This document shows positions 19,785-28,834 of a stretch of DNA of 64,000 nt, one piece after another. A program made the position numbers and the translations under genes. A model generated the notes under the pieces. It saw only the letters and a list, made by a program, of their open reading frames with translations, was not told the origin of the DNA and did not search any database. Positions within the stretch are counted from its first letter, which is position 1. Each line of letters begins with the position of its first letter. The stretch lies in the sequence record SRR31156797_986. The stretch is one strand, 5' to 3'.

Positions 19785-22709
19785 TTAAAAAGCCCTGATA
19801 GCCCGCACATGGCCAACCTCGTACTTAACTGCGAGACCCAAGCCGCCATCGGTGAAGTTTTGTAACCTTGCCGCGCCGGCCGCGTACTCGCTGGAACTCC
19901 AATAGAGGTTATTTGTGAAAGCTCCGAAACCTTTTTGATCCAGATTCCAATACAATACATTTAATTCCTCCATGCTTGGTAAAAACCAATCAGAATAGGA
20001 GTTGAGGATTAAATTGGCGCAAATATCCGCAGCAATTCCTGCTTCTGGGCAGCCTGCCTCTATGTCGATGGTATTTTGTGCTCCTGTTCCTATGGCCATT
20101 CCATCTGCACCCGGAATATCTGTCCCATCACATCCCCAAACAGTGCCTGTGCTTTGATTGCTTGGCGCTGCTACAAAGCCTGCACCTGTAGTCGTATTCA
20201 GATGGGCTATTAAACCACCCTGGAAGGACTTGCCGTAAAGCGAATCAAGGGGTATGCCGCTGTTAAATATCGCAATAGGCGTTTGCCCTCTGTCCAGTCT
20301 TTTTTGTACGGTGTTAGAATGGTAAAAAGTCCGGACGGCACGTACACGCATGTCAAATGATGTGTACTTTTCCACTGCAAACTGATAGCCATTGTTATTG
20401 TTGTAAAAGGATAGTGCCCAGGCTTTTTCGCTATTGTTTTCCGTCGAACTCCAATAGCCAGCCTCAACAAATTGACCAATAACCGCTTTATTTATACTTA
20501 GTTTGTTCAACTCAGCCAAACTTGGCAAATACCAGTCATCATAACCATTGGCATAGGTTAAAATTGTACGGCATAATCTTGCTGCTGCATTTACATCTGC
20601 ACACCCGGCTACAATATCATTTGTATTTTGAAAGCCGGTACCCAGTCCTGTTCCCCATGCTCCCGGAATATCTGTTCCGTAACATCCCCAATAATTACTC
20701 GGGCTTATATCAGCGGTTTGCGCTATTATTCCGATTGGCTGGCCCTCAATATAGCCGGGGTCACCCGGTTGATAAATATAAGCAACCCTGCCTCCCTGGT
20801 AAAATGAGCCAATTCCCCATGGGTCAGGTGTGCCATTCATATTTTTCCATGCTGTGCCATCAAAATAATTAATTGTTTTTGTTTCGAGGTTATAGATCAT
20901 CAAACCCTCTGCAGGGGATTCGATAGCATACCTTTGTGGATAAGTCATTCGTGGAGGTAAAAAGCCTTTGCTTGATGAATTTACATCAAGTGCGGCAGAA
21001 TTTTCGGGGTCAGTAGTTCCAATCCCTACATTACCATTGTCATATATGCTGCTATTCGTAGTAAGTGTTCCGTTTTGCCATTTGGGGATATAATTGTTGG
21101 TTCCAACATCTACCAGCATACCTCCACTCGTTAACTCCACCGACCAATTATTTAACACGCCCTGATCACCACCCGCTTCGTCAAACACTTTCAGTATCCA
21201 CATCCCATTTGGGTTTATGTTGCCTCCTCCAATTGCTGAAAAGCTGCTGACGTCAGCTGTGAAACCACATGCTCCATATGCCAGGGAGCCAATGGGTAAA
21301 AATGTTCCGGTATAAGGAGGTTGACTTGAAGACAAGGGTTCAGCCAGGAAATCACAAAATTTTGTGTTTACAAGGTTGTCATAAGCACCCCCATTATTTT
21401 TCATAAGATTAAGGATATCACCGTTGGGGGCAATTAAAAATATTTCCAGATCCCCTACAAATGTGTGAGTCAGATTTATGGTAACACAAATATTTTCAGT
21501 TGAAACAGACTCAGGAAAACCTGTAACATAAATTGTATCGCTTGCTCCCTGAGGACAATTGTAATCTAATATTGGAGTCCCTGGTGCATTGCTTTGAGAG
21601 GCCAATTCTTCAATGGAATTTACAATTAGTTTTCCCTGGCTGTTTGCAAATACCTGCCTGAAACCTGCTCCTTCTAAATTCCCAACTCTTGCCTCGCCGT
21701 CAATTGCTAATTGTCCGTTTATTACAAGCGAATCGGCAGCAAAATCACCATAGATAAGCGGTGTAGTTGAACTACTGTTCTCTATGTACAATTTATCTGA
21801 TCCCATTTCATTGAAACCCGCCTGATAACCGAGTGCAACATTGTTGCTTCCTGTGGTGTTGGAGTTGAGTGCATAGGCACCGTTAGCCACATTGTTGTTT
21901 CCTTCGGTGTTATATTGCAGAGCATAAGCACCATCAGCTGTATTGTTATTTCCTGTCGTGTTGTTGCTGAGTGCACCAAAACCAGCAGCTGTATTGGAAT
22001 TTCCTTCGGTGTTACTAAAGAGGACATAAGCACCGGCGGCAGTATTTTGATCTCCAGAGTTGTTGTAGAACAGGGTCCACATACCATGGGCAGTGTTTTC
22101 ATTTCCTGTTGTATTACCTCGGAGCGCAGAATTACCAACAGCCGTGTTGGAAGAGCCTTCGGTATTTAAGTTAAGGGCAAGACCCCCAACGGCAACGTTG
22201 CTATTGTCTGTCAAGTCGTCAATGGCTCCGGCCCCTGAACCAAGAAAAACGCTGTTGCCACCTGTTCTCCCATCACTTAGCTCATCAATATCTTTTGCTC
22301 CGGCATCACCTGATGATTCGGCGTAAAGGGAATAGGGCACACTGAGTAGCTGCGATGTTCCCATCAGTTGATAACTTCCATTTTCATCCATTTCAATTTG
22401 AAGAAAATAAATATCAGCTCCCCAGGCTATTTCAGCAAACACACCTGAAACAACTGTTCCGTTTCCTATTTCCAGGCTAACCAATCCAAACTGGTTGGTA
22501 GTTGCTGCGTGTGTTTCGCTATAAACCAAAGTGCCGGAGATACTCTCTTGAAGGATACCAATACGGAATAAGACATCCTGGCTTGCCATGGCATTTCCGC
22601 TCATATCCCTGGCTACTGCCTGGTATTTAAATGCCTGAGGTGGTGGTTGGGCAAAGGCGGTAATTGTAACGGCTATTGCCATCAATAGTGCAATTGTAAA
22701 TTTTTTCAT
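19785..22709 (-). CDS. Secreted fibre/adhesin-like protein: 17-aa NTAxG repeats, proprotein-convertase P-like domain, two C-terminal DUF1566 (Lcl-C, CLec-fold) domains
   Basis: Signal peptide MKKFTIALL; QAFKYQAVAR...LLSVPYSLYA N-domain; LTHTFVGDLEIFLIAP P-domain; GNVGIGT..KGFLPPRMT; two DWxLPS..EL..YWSSxE..VRAxRxF units; no T9SS CTD. Confidence 0.8.
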   Translation of the reverse strand: MKKFTIALLMAIAVTITAFAQPPPQAFKYQAVARDMSGNAMASQDVLFRIGILQESISGTLVYSETHAATTNQFGLVSLEIGNGTVVSGVFAEIAWGADIYFLQIEMDENGSYQLMGTSQLLSVPYSLYAESSGDAGAKDIDELSDGRTGGNSVFLGSGAGAIDDLTDNSNVAVGGLALNLNTEGSSNTAVGNSALRGNTTGNENTAHGMWTLFYNNSGDQNTAAGAYVLFSNTEGNSNTAAGFGALSNNTTGNNNTADGAYALQYNTEGNNNVANGAYALNSNTTGSNNVALGYQAGFNEMGSDKLYIENSSSTTPLIYGDFAADSLVINGQLAIDGEARVGNLEGAGFRQVFANSQGKLIVNSIEELASQSNAPGTPILDYNCPQGASDTIYVTGFPESVSTENICVTINLTHTFVGDLEIFLIAPNGDILNLMKNNGGAYDNLVNTKFCDFLAEPLSSSQPPYTGTFLPIGSLAYGACGFTADVSSFSAIGGGNINPNGMWILKVFDEAGGDQGVLNNWSVELTSGGMLVDVGTNNYIPKWQNGTLTTNSSIYDNGNVGIGTTDPENSAALDVNSSSKGFLPPRMTYPQRYAIESPAEGLMIYNLETKTINYFDGTAWKNMNGTPDPWGIGSFYQGGRVAYIYQPGDPGYIEGQPIGIIAQTADISPSNYWGCYGTDIPGAWGTGLGTGFQNTNDIVAGCADVNAAARLCRTILTYANGYDDWYLPSLAELNKLSINKAVIGQFVEAGYWSSTENNSEKAWALSFYNNNNGYQFAVEKYTSFDMRVRAVRTFYHSNTVQKRLDRGQTPIAIFNSGIPLDSLYGKSFQGGLIAHLNTTTGAGFVAAPSNQSTGTVWGCDGTDIPGADGMAIGTGAQNTIDIEAGCPEAGIAADICANLILNSYSDWFLPSMEELNVLYWNLDQKGFGAFTNNLYWSSSEYAAGAARLQNFTDGGLGLAVKYEVGHVRAIRAF
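21816..22205 (-). repeat. About eight 17-aa (51-nt) coding repeats xxNTAxGxxALxxNTxG
   Basis: SSNTAVGNSALRGNTTG / NENTAHGMWTLFYNNSG / NSNTAAGFGALSNNTTG etc. Confidence 0.85.
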
Positions 22710-22930
22710 AAGTGTTAATTTTAATTTATTCATTATATTTTCATATGTTGATTTAATGCTATATAATTTGCTTTGACTCCCGGTGCCGTGGATATCATAA
22801 TTTGAAAAGGTGGATGGATGGAAAGACTGATATAGGTTTCACCCATTTTTTCCATATTCCAAAAAGTATCCTAAAAAATCTATGTGCAATTCATTTCCCA
22901 ATTTCTTAAATCGGGCCCTGGTAGTTAAGT

Positions 22931-24301
22931 TTAGTTTATCACGATCTTCTTAACTTCAAGAAGATCACTACCAACCAGTTTAAGGAAATAGACGCCCTTT
23001 TGCAGATGATTAAGATCAAACTGATAGGCTGATCCGTTGGCCTTCATGCCGGGCTCAAATACGTGGATGATGCGGCCCCTGGTATCCATCAACCAGATTT
23101 GCATTTTTTCGGGCCAGTAATTCATGCTCAGTGCAAATTGCCCATGTGATGGGTTTGGGTAAACCAGGGAGATCAGTTCCGGGAATTCGCTTGTCCGGCT
23201 GGCATCAAGTGTGAGGCTTTTTATGGCTGACAAACCCTGCACGTTAAAAATCCCCTGTTGCGGAAGGGCTTCTTTGTAATTCACGGTCAGGTTAATCTCC
23301 TCATTTCCCTCTGGGCGATACACCCTGAACTGCAACATTTCCCCAAATTCAAATCCTTCTCTTTCCATTGTTGTTGCATCATTGGCAAAAGCTGATACAG
23401 CAATATTTTCCTTCAGGTTGCGTATTTCAGCGCGTCCGGCACAAAGGCCATCTGGCGTAAATGCACCAATAAAATCACCTGCCTGTATACCGCCATCCAC
23501 CAATACCTCTGCCGGAAAAGCAATCGCATGGGAAGAGGCTGTATAATTCAAATTATTCCATGGGGTGTTATTTTGTGGCTTTTCGTCGGGCTTTGAAATT
23601 GATGAACTTTTTGAACAGTCAGGATAGGTAACCCCCCCGGGGTCATCCATCAACACCCAGTATGCTTTACCGGGCTCCAATGTACCCAGAGTTTCAATCC
23701 CGAATGCGGGCCAGTAAACATTTGAACCTGCCACTTCCTTTACAATATTAAGTGTGGTCATTCCATCAAATACTATGTTGGGTGTGGCGCCACAAGGTGT
23801 CAGTACCGGCATAAGGTTCCAGCCCATGTCCAAATCTACCTGCGCCGGGTCAATCTTAGAACCTGTTAGAGTAACATTAAATTCGTTTGCAGCTTTCACC
23901 TGGTAACCGGTTTCCGGCGACCAGTTAACGATGGTATTCACTCCTCCGTCAGGATAGTAAAATTCCATCATCGAAGCCAGGATAATAAAATCCGGGATAT
24001 GTGGCGAAAACATATCTTCAAGCCCTTTATTGAGTGGGTCAATATATGAGGAAACTCCACTCCATCCAGCAGGGATGTTAAGGATTTGACTGAGATAAAA
24101 ACTGTAGGGTTGTTGAAACCCCTGGGTAAGTAAAAAATTATCAGTTTCAAATGTTTCGACAACGGTTTCGCCCAGGGTCCAGCTTAATGACAGGTTGCCT
24201 GTTTCAGAATAACCGCCGGCTGAGGCAACAACTTGTTGTGATACCGCAAACTTAAAGTTCGCAAGCATCAGTAATAAAACTAAAAGTAGTTTTGTTTTCA
24301 T
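22931..24301 (-). CDS. T9SS C-terminal domain protein of unknown function
   Basis: Signal peptide, QQVVASAGG..LSWTLGE..LTQGFQQP N-domain, YPNP..GVYFLKL..KKIVIN CTD. Confidence 0.85.
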   Translation of the reverse strand: MKTKLLLVLLLMLANFKFAVSQQVVASAGGYSETGNLSLSWTLGETVVETFETDNFLLTQGFQQPYSFYLSQILNIPAGWSGVSSYIDPLNKGLEDMFSPHIPDFIILASMMEFYYPDGGVNTIVNWSPETGYQVKAANEFNVTLTGSKIDPAQVDLDMGWNLMPVLTPCGATPNIVFDGMTTLNIVKEVAGSNVYWPAFGIETLGTLEPGKAYWVLMDDPGGVTYPDCSKSSSISKPDEKPQNNTPWNNLNYTASSHAIAFPAEVLVDGGIQAGDFIGAFTPDGLCAGRAEIRNLKENIAVSAFANDATTMEREGFEFGEMLQFRVYRPEGNEEINLTVNYKEALPQQGIFNVQGLSAIKSLTLDASRTSEFPELISLVYPNPSHGQFALSMNYWPEKMQIWLMDTRGRIIHVFEPGMKANGSAYQFDLNHLQKGVYFLKLVGSDLLEVKKIVIN

Positions 24302-24738
24302 GGTCTGTTAATTTATGTGGTTCATGTAAATGAATCTTTTTTTTCTGATTTTCAAAAAGATACAACAATCGAAATTGGTTTGTGCCTTTGGGTTTAAGCT
24401 CAAAGTACCCTTCCTGGCCAGGAATAACATTTAATTAACATATAGCGGGAGAGAATGCCATGGAAGCTTCATTACTATGAGGAATTCTCTTCAAGGTCGG
24501 AAGCATTTAAAAGAGAAAAATTCTTTAAAACTATTGATGGATATGACTATTTAAAATCCAAAGGTATAATTTGATAAAAGTGGGTGAAATAGATTTATTT
24601 CTCCCTCTAACCCCAATCATTTCAACTTATAAAAGAAATGATTTAAAGGTTTTCAAATTCAGAAGCCAATCGACCTGAATCAGAAACTGGCTAATCTGGA
24701 ATTTTCTGAGAAAGCAATTTACTGTTTGTAATTTATTA

Positions 24739-24746
24739 TAATTTTG
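24739..24746 (+). promoter_or_regulatory. Bacteroidota -7 promoter box for tRNA-Ser
   Basis: TAATTTTG matches TAnnTTTG, 7 nt before the tRNA. Confidence 0.6.
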
Positions 24747-24753
24747 TGGCTTC

Positions 24754-24842
24754 GGAGAAGTGCCGGAGTGGTCGAACGGGGCAGACTCGAAATCTGTTGG
24801 CCGGCTTAGGCTGGCCCGGGGGTTCGAATCCCTCCTTCTCCG
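24754..24842 (+). tRNA. tRNA-Ser(CGA)
   Basis: Acceptor GGAGAAG/CTTCTCC, anticodon arm GCAGA-CTCGAAA-TCTGT, long variable arm, GGTTCGAATCC T-arm, G discriminator; CCA not fully encoded. Confidence 0.95.
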
Positions 24843-25187
24843 CAGAAAAATAGGTCGCTTTCAAAATGCGGCCTTTTTTAGTATCTGGAAACCTGACCTT
24901 TGATTTCACCTAATCTTAATCTTGAATTAACCTTTAGTTAATGTTTTTAGGGTTAATTTGTTACCGATTGATTTTGTGTCTGGCGGATGGAAACCAAATT
25001 TTTATGATACATCCTGAAGCAATCACAATCAGATTTTACGCATTACCTGAGCTCTTCCAAAGTTAACTCTATATCTCCTAACGCGATGACGACACCCAAT
25101 CTCATCGCGTTTATTTTGCCAGTTCACCTTTTTTTGAGTCTGTCAAATAATTGTTTTTAAACCCTGAATTATTTCCAATAAAAATTT

Positions 25188-25195
25188 TACTTTTG
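25188..25195 (+). promoter_or_regulatory. Bacteroidota -7 promoter box for tRNA-Pro
   Basis: TACTTTTG matches TAnnTTTG. Confidence 0.6.
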
Positions 25196-25216
25196 CAGCC
25201 CTTTTTAAAAAATAAT

Positions 25217-25289
25217 CGGGGTGTGGCGCAGTTGGTAGCGTGCTTGACTGGGGGTCAAGAGGTCGCGAGTTCGAGTCTCGCCACTCCGA
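25217..25289 (+). tRNA. tRNA-Pro(GGG)
   Basis: Acceptor CGGGGTG/CACTCCG, anticodon arm CTTGA-CTGGGGG-TCAAG, T-arm GCGAG-TTCGAGT-CTCGC, A discriminator. Confidence 0.95.
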
Positions 25290-25290
25290 C

Positions 25291-25325
25291 AAAGGGAGTT
25301 TGATAAACATCAGGCTCCTTTTTTT
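25291..25325 (+). terminator. Terminator after tRNA-Pro
   Basis: AAGGGAGTTTGAT-AAAC-ATCAGGCTCCTT then T-run. Confidence 0.7.
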
Positions 25326-25329
25326 AGTT

Positions 25330-25572
25330 ATGCACTTCACCTACATCATACAATCCGAAACAACCAATAAATACTATGTTGGTTCCACCCAAAATGTGGC
25401 AGAACGCCTGAGAAGGCACAATGCAAACCATTCTAAATCTACAAAAAACAAAGGCCCCTGGGGACTGGTGAAATCATTTCAGTTTGATACCCGTTCTGAA
25501 GCCATGCAACTGGAAAAGAAAATCAAGGCCAGGGGAATCAGCAGGTTTCTGGAGGGTTTGCAAACAGCATGA
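25330..25572 (+). CDS. Minimal GIY-YIG nuclease family protein (80 aa)
   Basis: FTYII...YYVGST...RLRRHN...EAMQLEKKIK motifs; ATG at 25330 (the ORF-track start lies inside the tRNA). Confidence 0.9.
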   Translation: MHFTYIIQSETTNKYYVGSTQNVAERLRRHNANHSKSTKNKGPWGLVKSFQFDTRSEAMQLEKKIKARGISRFLEGLQTA

Positions 25573-25592
25573 AAAAGCACTTTTGTCTTTTT

Positions 25593-25687
25593 GGTGGTGT
25601 GGCGCTATTGGAGCGTGTCCCGCCAGAGGGCGGGAAGGTCGCGAGTTCTGCCATAGGCATCCCTTCGGGAGAGTCTCGCCACTCCGA
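25593..25687 (+). pseudogene. Remodelled copy of tRNA-Pro (anticodon arm replaced, 22-nt insertion in T-loop)
   Basis: GGTGTGGCGC, AGCGTG, AGGTCGCGAGTTC and GAGTCTCGCCACTCCGA blocks identical to 25217-25289. Confidence 0.85.
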
Positions 25688-25696
25688 CAAAAGCAA

Positions 25697-25733
25697 ATGG
25701 CTGTTAGGGATAAATCTGACAGCCATGTTTTTT
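25697..25733. terminator. Hairpin/terminator between pseudo-tRNA and convergent sdaA
   Basis: ATGGCTGTTAG...CTGACAGCCAT followed by T-run. Confidence 0.65.
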
Positions 25734-26925
25734 ACCGCTTGTAAACTTTCGCCAGCCCGCCCTGAGAGGTTTCTTTGTACAGGCTTGGCAAATCATTTCC
25801 GGTTTGTTTCATGGCTTCAACTACCTCATCGAAAAGCACATAATGCCGGCCATCAGAATTGTAAGCGAATAACGCTGAATCAATGGCCCGCTGCGCTCCG
25901 AATGCATTTCGTTCGATGCAGGGTATTTGCACCAGTCCGGCCACAGGATCGCAGGTTAGCCCCAGGTGATGTTCCAGTCCTGAGCTGGCAGCATATTCAA
26001 TCTGGTAAATGGTGCCGCCAGGAATTTGTGTTGCAGCAGCGGCAGCCATCGAACTGGCTGATCCAACCTCGCCCTGACATCCCACCTCAGCACCGGAAAT
26101 GGATGCATTTTCTTTGATCAGGTTCCCGATTAAACCGGCCGTAGCAAGGGCATGTAAAATCCTTTTTTCGGAAATCGAATATTGTTGCTCGAATAAATAA
26201 AGTACTGCCGGTAAAATGCCACATGAGCCACAGGTTGGTGCTGTAACCACTACATTTCCTGCGGCATTTTCCTCTGAAACGGCCAGTGCATAGGCAAATA
26301 GGTACGACTCGTCCTGGGCAAACTGGTTGCGGCCCCTGGCTTTGAAATGATAGGATGGTGCCTTGCGCTGCAGTTTTAATCCACCCGGCAAGGTGCCGTC
26401 TGTTTCCAGTCCGCGATGGATTGCCTCCTTCATGGCTTTCCACGCCGTGGAAAGGTAATCCAGTACATCGGAGTCGTCATATTTCAAAACATATTCCCAA
26501 AAAGTGCCTCCGTTGGCCTCAAGGTGTGCCAGGATGTCTTTCATGGTTTTGTCGGGATAGATTTTTTTGGTTTCCTGTTTCGAATTTTCATCCATGATTT
26601 CACCACCACCTATACTGTAAACTTCCCAGTTGTCGGTTAGTTTACCCTGTTCATCAAATGCTTCAAACCGCATGCCGTTGGTGTGGAGCGGCAGCCGTTC
26701 GTTTGGGTGCCAGACTAAATCAGCCTTTTGGTCGAAAGTATTCAGCAAAGTAACATCCGTTAGGTGACCTTTGCCTGTAAGTGCCAGGCTCCCAAAAAGG
26801 TGAATTTTAAACTGAGCGGCCATTGGGTTTTTGGCCAGGAATTTTTCGGCTGCTTTTTTCGGCCCCATTGTATGCGATGATGACGGGCCGTTCCCGATTT
26901 TATAGATCTTTTTGATACTTTCCAT
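25732..26925 (-). CDS. sdaA: Fe-S-dependent L-serine ammonia-lyase (single chain)
   Basis: GPSSSHTMGP, VVTAPTCG, ISGAEVGCQGEVG, LGLTCDPVAGLVQIPCIERN, YKETSQGGLA. Confidence 0.95.
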   Translation of the reverse strand: MESIKKIYKIGNGPSSSHTMGPKKAAEKFLAKNPMAAQFKIHLFGSLALTGKGHLTDVTLLNTFDQKADLVWHPNERLPLHTNGMRFEAFDEQGKLTDNWEVYSIGGGEIMDENSKQETKKIYPDKTMKDILAHLEANGGTFWEYVLKYDDSDVLDYLSTAWKAMKEAIHRGLETDGTLPGGLKLQRKAPSYHFKARGRNQFAQDESYLFAYALAVSEENAAGNVVVTAPTCGSCGILPAVLYLFEQQYSISEKRILHALATAGLIGNLIKENASISGAEVGCQGEVGSASSMAAAAATQIPGGTIYQIEYAASSGLEHHLGLTCDPVAGLVQIPCIERNAFGAQRAIDSALFAYNSDGRHYVLFDEVVEAMKQTGNDLPSLYKETSQGGLAKVYKR

Positions 26926-26943
26926 GGCAATTGTTTTTTGGCT

Positions 26944-28056
26944 TTAAATATTATTAGATTCGATTTTTGATTCTGCGGTATGGAGATCATCGCCTCGCCT
27001 GATAACAGCCCCAAAAACCTTGTAAGTGATGGCAAGAACTACGGCTCCAACAAACAATCCGATGATGCCTGAGAGGATCATGCCGCCTATGGCACCCAGC
27101 AAAATTACCAGCATGGGGACATCCACACCACGGCCAAGCAGCAATGGTTTCAGGAAATTGTCGGAAAGGCCCACAAGGATTGACCAAATGAGGAAAATAA
27201 CAGCCGGGGTTGTGTCAGCAATCGTAAAAACATAAATTGCCACAGGAAGCATCACGAGCATAGTGGGGAGTTGCATGATGGCAAGAATCAATATGAGCAA
27301 CACCCAGATTCCGGTTCCGGGCATTCCAACTGCAAGCATTCCTGCTCCGGCCAGGATCGCCTGGATTACGGCAATTCCCAACACCCCCTGAAAAACACTT
27401 CTGATGGTTTTTTCGGCCAGGTTGGTGAAAGCTTCTCCATCATCACCAACAAGCAGCCTGAAAATGTTTCCGGCTGCCCGGGCGCTTGACTTTGAGCTTA
27501 CCAGCAAAGCACCTGCTATAATTACCGAAATGATAAACTGCAATACCGTAAGGCCAAAACCCGCAATTGCCGAGGCCAGTTTCGGGCCATACTCCCTGAT
27601 TTGGGGTTCAAGTTTTACCACAGCTCCCTCAAGGTTTTGGGTTGCCAGTTCCCATATTTCATACAAAGGTGTCCCGATAACTGGCCAGTCTGCGACTTCA
27701 GCAGGAACAGGCGGTATTTCAAGCGTTCCGGCATTAAAATCATTGGCCAAGTTTTTAAACCCCTCAATGGTGCCCGAAGTAAATAAAACGCTGGGAACGA
27801 TGATAATCGCAAGCATGAAGAGTGTGATGATTGTTGCCGAAAGTTTTGTCTTGTTACCCAAGGAATTAGCCAGTTTCCTGTAAAGCGGATAAATTCCTAC
27901 AGCAATGATTATACCCCAGGCCACGATCATGATAAAGGGTTTGATGATGAGAAAACTTAGCAGAATTAAAAGTGCCAGAAAAGCCAGCCGCAGAGTAGTG
28001 GCAACTACAAACTGATGCTTTTCTTCATCACGGCGGGGTTGTTTGGAGGTGTCCAT
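26944..28056 (-). CDS. AI-2E family transporter
   Basis: DNFLKPLLLGRG, GGMILSGIIGLFVGAVVLA motifs; multiple TM. Confidence 0.9.
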   Translation of the reverse strand: MDTSKQPRRDEEKHQFVVATTLRLAFLALLILLSFLIIKPFIMIVAWGIIIAVGIYPLYRKLANSLGNKTKLSATIITLFMLAIIIVPSVLFTSGTIEGFKNLANDFNAGTLEIPPVPAEVADWPVIGTPLYEIWELATQNLEGAVVKLEPQIREYGPKLASAIAGFGLTVLQFIISVIIAGALLVSSKSSARAAGNIFRLLVGDDGEAFTNLAEKTIRSVFQGVLGIAVIQAILAGAGMLAVGMPGTGIWVLLILILAIMQLPTMLVMLPVAIYVFTIADTTPAVIFLIWSILVGLSDNFLKPLLLGRGVDVPMLVILLGAIGGMILSGIIGLFVGAVVLAITYKVFGAVIRRGDDLHTAESKIESNNI

Positions 28057-28130
28057 AGTGGTTGTTTTTATTACATTGAAATCCTTTATCCTAAATATGG
28101 ATATAAAAATACCATAAAAAAATTGGTTCT

Positions 28131-28682
28131 TTATTTGCCTGCCGAATCAAACTCTACTTGTGGAGGCTCCCAGGTTACGGTATCACCAACCAGGCCGTGC
28201 GTGTAGCTGACCACTTCAATCCATTCTGGGATAACCTTGATCAGGATGAAACTTTTTGCCTTGTCCGGGTAAAACTGCTCCCATTCGGGTTTCCATCTTT
28301 TTTCCTTTTCCACCGGGTCATCAATCATTTGGGCGCTGCCATACAGCATTACATATCCGGCGTCAATATCAGCCAGAAAATACAATGTTACCCTCGAGTC
28401 GCCTTTTATCTGCTCTACCTTCCGGCTTTTGGGGTTGGTTCCAAACCAGATGGTGAAATCACTTTCAGGTCCGATGAATTCCATGGTTCTGGCTCTGGCA
28501 CGGCCTTCGGCGTCTAAAGTGATTAGGGCACAGGTGCTTGCAGAATTCATGATTTCTTCAGCAGCATTTAATATTTTTTGGTTTTGGGAATCTTCCGGTT
28601 CAAGGTTTTGGCCATAGCAGTTCAAGTTCCAAAAAACAAATATTGCTACGATAAGGATGGAAGGCTTTTTGGCAGTTTTCAT
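28131..28682 (-). CDS. Pyridoxamine 5'-phosphate oxidase-like FMN-binding protein (general stress protein 26-like) with signal peptide
   Basis: ALITLD..RARTM, IWFGTNPKSRKVEQI. Confidence 0.85.
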   Translation of the reverse strand: MKTAKKPSILIVAIFVFWNLNCYGQNLEPEDSQNQKILNAAEEIMNSASTCALITLDAEGRARARTMEFIGPESDFTIWFGTNPKSRKVEQIKGDSRVTLYFLADIDAGYVMLYGSAQMIDDPVEKEKRWKPEWEQFYPDKAKSFILIKVIPEWIEVVSYTHGLVGDTVTWEPPQVEFDSAGK

Positions 28683-28834
28683 TATTGTATGGGTTGGTTT
28701 ATGCTTCGGAACTCAAAAATAGTAAATCCTGCTATTCGCAGTTTATAACAATACTTAAGGCATCCCATTTAAACCAAAGTTATATTTTTGCGTTTCACTA
28801 CAATGAATTTATTAAACTAACCTAAATTCTTCAA

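Noticed and set aside
19785-20460. The two DUF1566 ends as a DGR template/variable repeat pair
   Set aside because: They differ at many non-adenine positions and by indels; both are coding; no reverse transcriptase in the window
24754-24842. tRNA-Sec or other recoding tRNA because of the long variable arm
   Set aside because: Anticodon is CGA with a normal 7-bp acceptor stem: ordinary tRNA-Ser
25649-25670. T-loop insertion as a tRNA intron
   Set aside because: Too short for a self-splicing intron, no bulge-helix-bulge, and the copy lacks an anticodon loop and a fully paired acceptor stem
25569-26117. 182-aa ORF across the pseudo-tRNA
   Set aside because: Antisense to sdaA, no recognisable motifs
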